From Bdellovibrionales bacterium (GTDB lineage: Bacteria > Bdellovibrionota > Bdellovibrionia > Bdellovibrionales > UBA1609): DNA of 64,000 nt. The stretch is from assembly GCA_965261545.1 (NCBI GenBank), contig CBDHDF010000011.1, forward strand, positions 896,001 to 960,000, written 5' to 3'. Numbering within the stretch: position 1 is the stretch's first letter; each line of letters begins with the position of its first letter. Under the pieces are notes generated by a model, which made no database searches, was not told where the DNA came from, and saw only the letters and a list, made by a program, of their open reading frames with translations. This document shows, piece after piece, positions 62,254 to 64,000 of the stretch. Both the position numbers and the translations under genes were made by a program.

Positions 62254-64000
62254 TTATAGGCTTAAGCCATGGTTTCTTGTTATTGCTTTTTGTATGCAAA
62301 CAGTTGAGACAGAAATATCAAGGGGTTGAAGGTGCTTTTTTTGAAGGTGGAGAAAGTCATTTTTTTCGACCTGTCGTTCTTTGTTCTCTGACTCAACAAA
62401 ATCAATATGTCGAATATGGGGCCTTGTCGCTAAGAAAATATGAAAAGATTTTTCATCCAAACCCTTCAAAACAAGAGAGGGTTCTTGTTTTCCACGGAAT
62501 CCTTTTCTTTCATGGGCCTTCAGGAAACTAAGAAAATCAGTGTAAACAGTGACACGGTTTCCACGGCTATAGGAATCAATAAATGGAATGTCCGGTGGCC
62601 CATGGTATTTAGATGTGTAACCTTTGTTTAAGTCCCATGTGTACTGAATGGCTTTGTTATTTTCATCATCAGAGTAAAACCAAATGCCACCTTTTTTATC
62701 CACTTTCACTCTTTTTTGTTGAAAAAGATCATCAGCAAGGCTTTCTTTGATTTTGTGATGTCTGAAAAACTGTGTCACCCTGTTCATTGCAATTTGTGGA
62801 CTTTCTTCTTTGATCTTTGGAATGTAAAAAGGCTTGTAGGTTGTTTTTACCTCTCCAAAATGTTGCTCTAAGAGAAGAAGGTTTTTGTTGTCTGTGATCT
62901 TTGAAATGGCCGCCAAGAAGTTCATGTCTTCGTGGAGACTGACAAGCTCAATGAGTGACCCTGTGGTTTTGTTCTTTGTATTCGTCCATCTATTTCCATG
63001 GATGACAACGTGTTCTCGTCCTTTTAAAGTCGTTTGTCCTTTTTTGTTTTCTGTACAGGCTATATTGTGCCTCTTGCAGTAATCCAAAATGTCACAGTTT
63101 GAAGCTCGCCTTATCTCACCAATAGGCACCGTAGAGTCCCTAAGAGCATGATCTGAGGGAAGAGGAGTCCTGTTCTCACGACGATGGCTTTTTGTGTAAG
63201 ATTCATAGTCTTTTACTTGATGCTTTTGTGCATTTCCTCCCATCATGGAAAGTGGGTCTGAAGGCCCCAAAAAGTCTCCTTTTCCGTCTTTGAAATGATT
63301 GATTCCGTCTCTGATTTTTCTCTTTACCTGGGGTTGCTTGAGAAATAACTCATCATTGGATTTGAACTTTTCAACAAGTCCTGGTTTGTCATAGTGATTT
63401 CCTAGTTGTTTGCCTCGGATGCCCTTCTCATGTCCTTCATAATGATAGGTGATGGTCTTTTCAGTAATAGCCACTTTGACAGAGAGTTCGTTCAAAATGC
63501 TCACATATTCATCAAAACTTGTGGCATAGCTTCTTGCAAAATCAGCCTTTTGGAAAAGGTCCAGTCTGTAAGATTTGCCACCCCGACGTTGAATCTCTCG
63601 CACCTTTTGGGGAAGCCTTTTACTTCTGGTTTTGTCAGTTTCTCGAATAATGGAAAGTCCATGTTCTCTTACTATTTCGTCTGAAATACTTCGCAGGTTA
63701 TAGAGATGTTCCTTTTTATTTATTATGTCTCTTTTTCCTGTTTTTTCATTCACTGGGTTAACAAGAATATGGTTGTGGGTCTTACTGGTGTCTGTATGTG
63801 TGACCACAACAAATTCATGATTTGGGAAATAGCGTTTGGTCAATTCCACCCCCATGGAATTGACACTTTCTGCCGACAAGACTTGACTTTCTTCAGGCTT
63901 GAAGCTGTGAATCACCTCAAAGGCGACATTGACATTCCTGCCTCCATGGGGTTTATGTTTATTATACAAGACTTGAGTGCGCTCAAACTGCCTAATGGCC
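62254..64000 (-). CDS. Relaxase/mobilization nuclease (MOBP-like) with a long C-terminal extension; 5' end off the window
   Basis: HSF motif II and HTDTSKTHNHILVN (3H motif); frame open to the window edge. Confidence 0.88.
   Translation of the reverse strand, partial: AIRQFERTQVLYNKHKPHGGRNVNVAFEVIHSFKPEESQVLSAESVNSMGVELTKRYFPNHEFVVVTHTDTSKTHNHILVNPVNEKTGKRDIINKKEHLYNLRSISDEIVREHGLSIIRETDKTRSKRLPQKVREIQRRGGKSYRLDLFQKADFARSYATSFDEYVSILNELSVKVAITEKTITYHYEGHEKGIRGKQLGNHYDKPGLVEKFKSNDELFLKQPQVKRKIRDGINHFKDGKGDFLGPSDPLSMMGGNAQKHQVKDYESYTKSHRRENRTPLPSDHALRDSTVPIGEIRRASNCDILDYCKRHNIACTENKKGQTTLKGREHVVIHGNRWTNTKNKTTGSLIELVSLHEDMNFLAAISKITDNKNLLLLEQHFGEVKTTYKPFYIPKIKEESPQIAMNRVTQFFRHHKIKESLADDLFQQKRVKVDKKGGIWFYSDDENNKAIQYTWDLNKGYTSKYHGPPDIPFIDSYSRGNRVTVYTDFLSFLKAHERKGFRGKQEPSLVLKGLDEKSFHIFLATRPHIRHIDFVESENKERQVEKNDFLHLQKKHLQPLDISVSTVCIQKAITRNHGLSL

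Overview
A bacterial window with two very different parts. Bases 1-51344 are a pile-up of nested mobile DNA (about 90% by hand tally). It holds seven full or partial copies of one 1417-bp IS4-family element, an IS256, three IS1634-family types, four IS21-family types, four copies of an ISNCY/IS5-like element, a DUF6431-integrase-ATPase transposon, two MITE-like elements and group II introns. Only small islands of host DNA survive there: two Uma2 nucleases, tRNA-Ala(GGC), a broken VWA lipoprotein, a split DUF6398 gene and a toxin-antitoxin pair. Most nesting can be reconstructed from target-site duplications (TSDs). Bases 51345-64000 look like an integrative mobilizable element with a relaxase and two paralogous excisionase-integrase modules. 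These flank an AT-rich five-gene operon (PtuA-like ATPase, PtuB-like HNH, NspC-like PLP decarboxylase, DUF3326 protein, hypothetical) and an ORF-less group II intron. The strongest leads are: (1) a group II intron inserted at the same position within the 23-bp terminal repeats of an IS21 element; (2) the Septu-like operon coupled to two enzyme genes; (3) a 98-bp DnaA-box hairpin shared by two different IS21 elements; (4) a 6.9-kb IS1634-bounded segment with a 36-bp TSD. Family assignments come from motif recognition by eye, no database was searched, and the element labels (IS4-A, IS21-A to D, ISC and so on) are my own.
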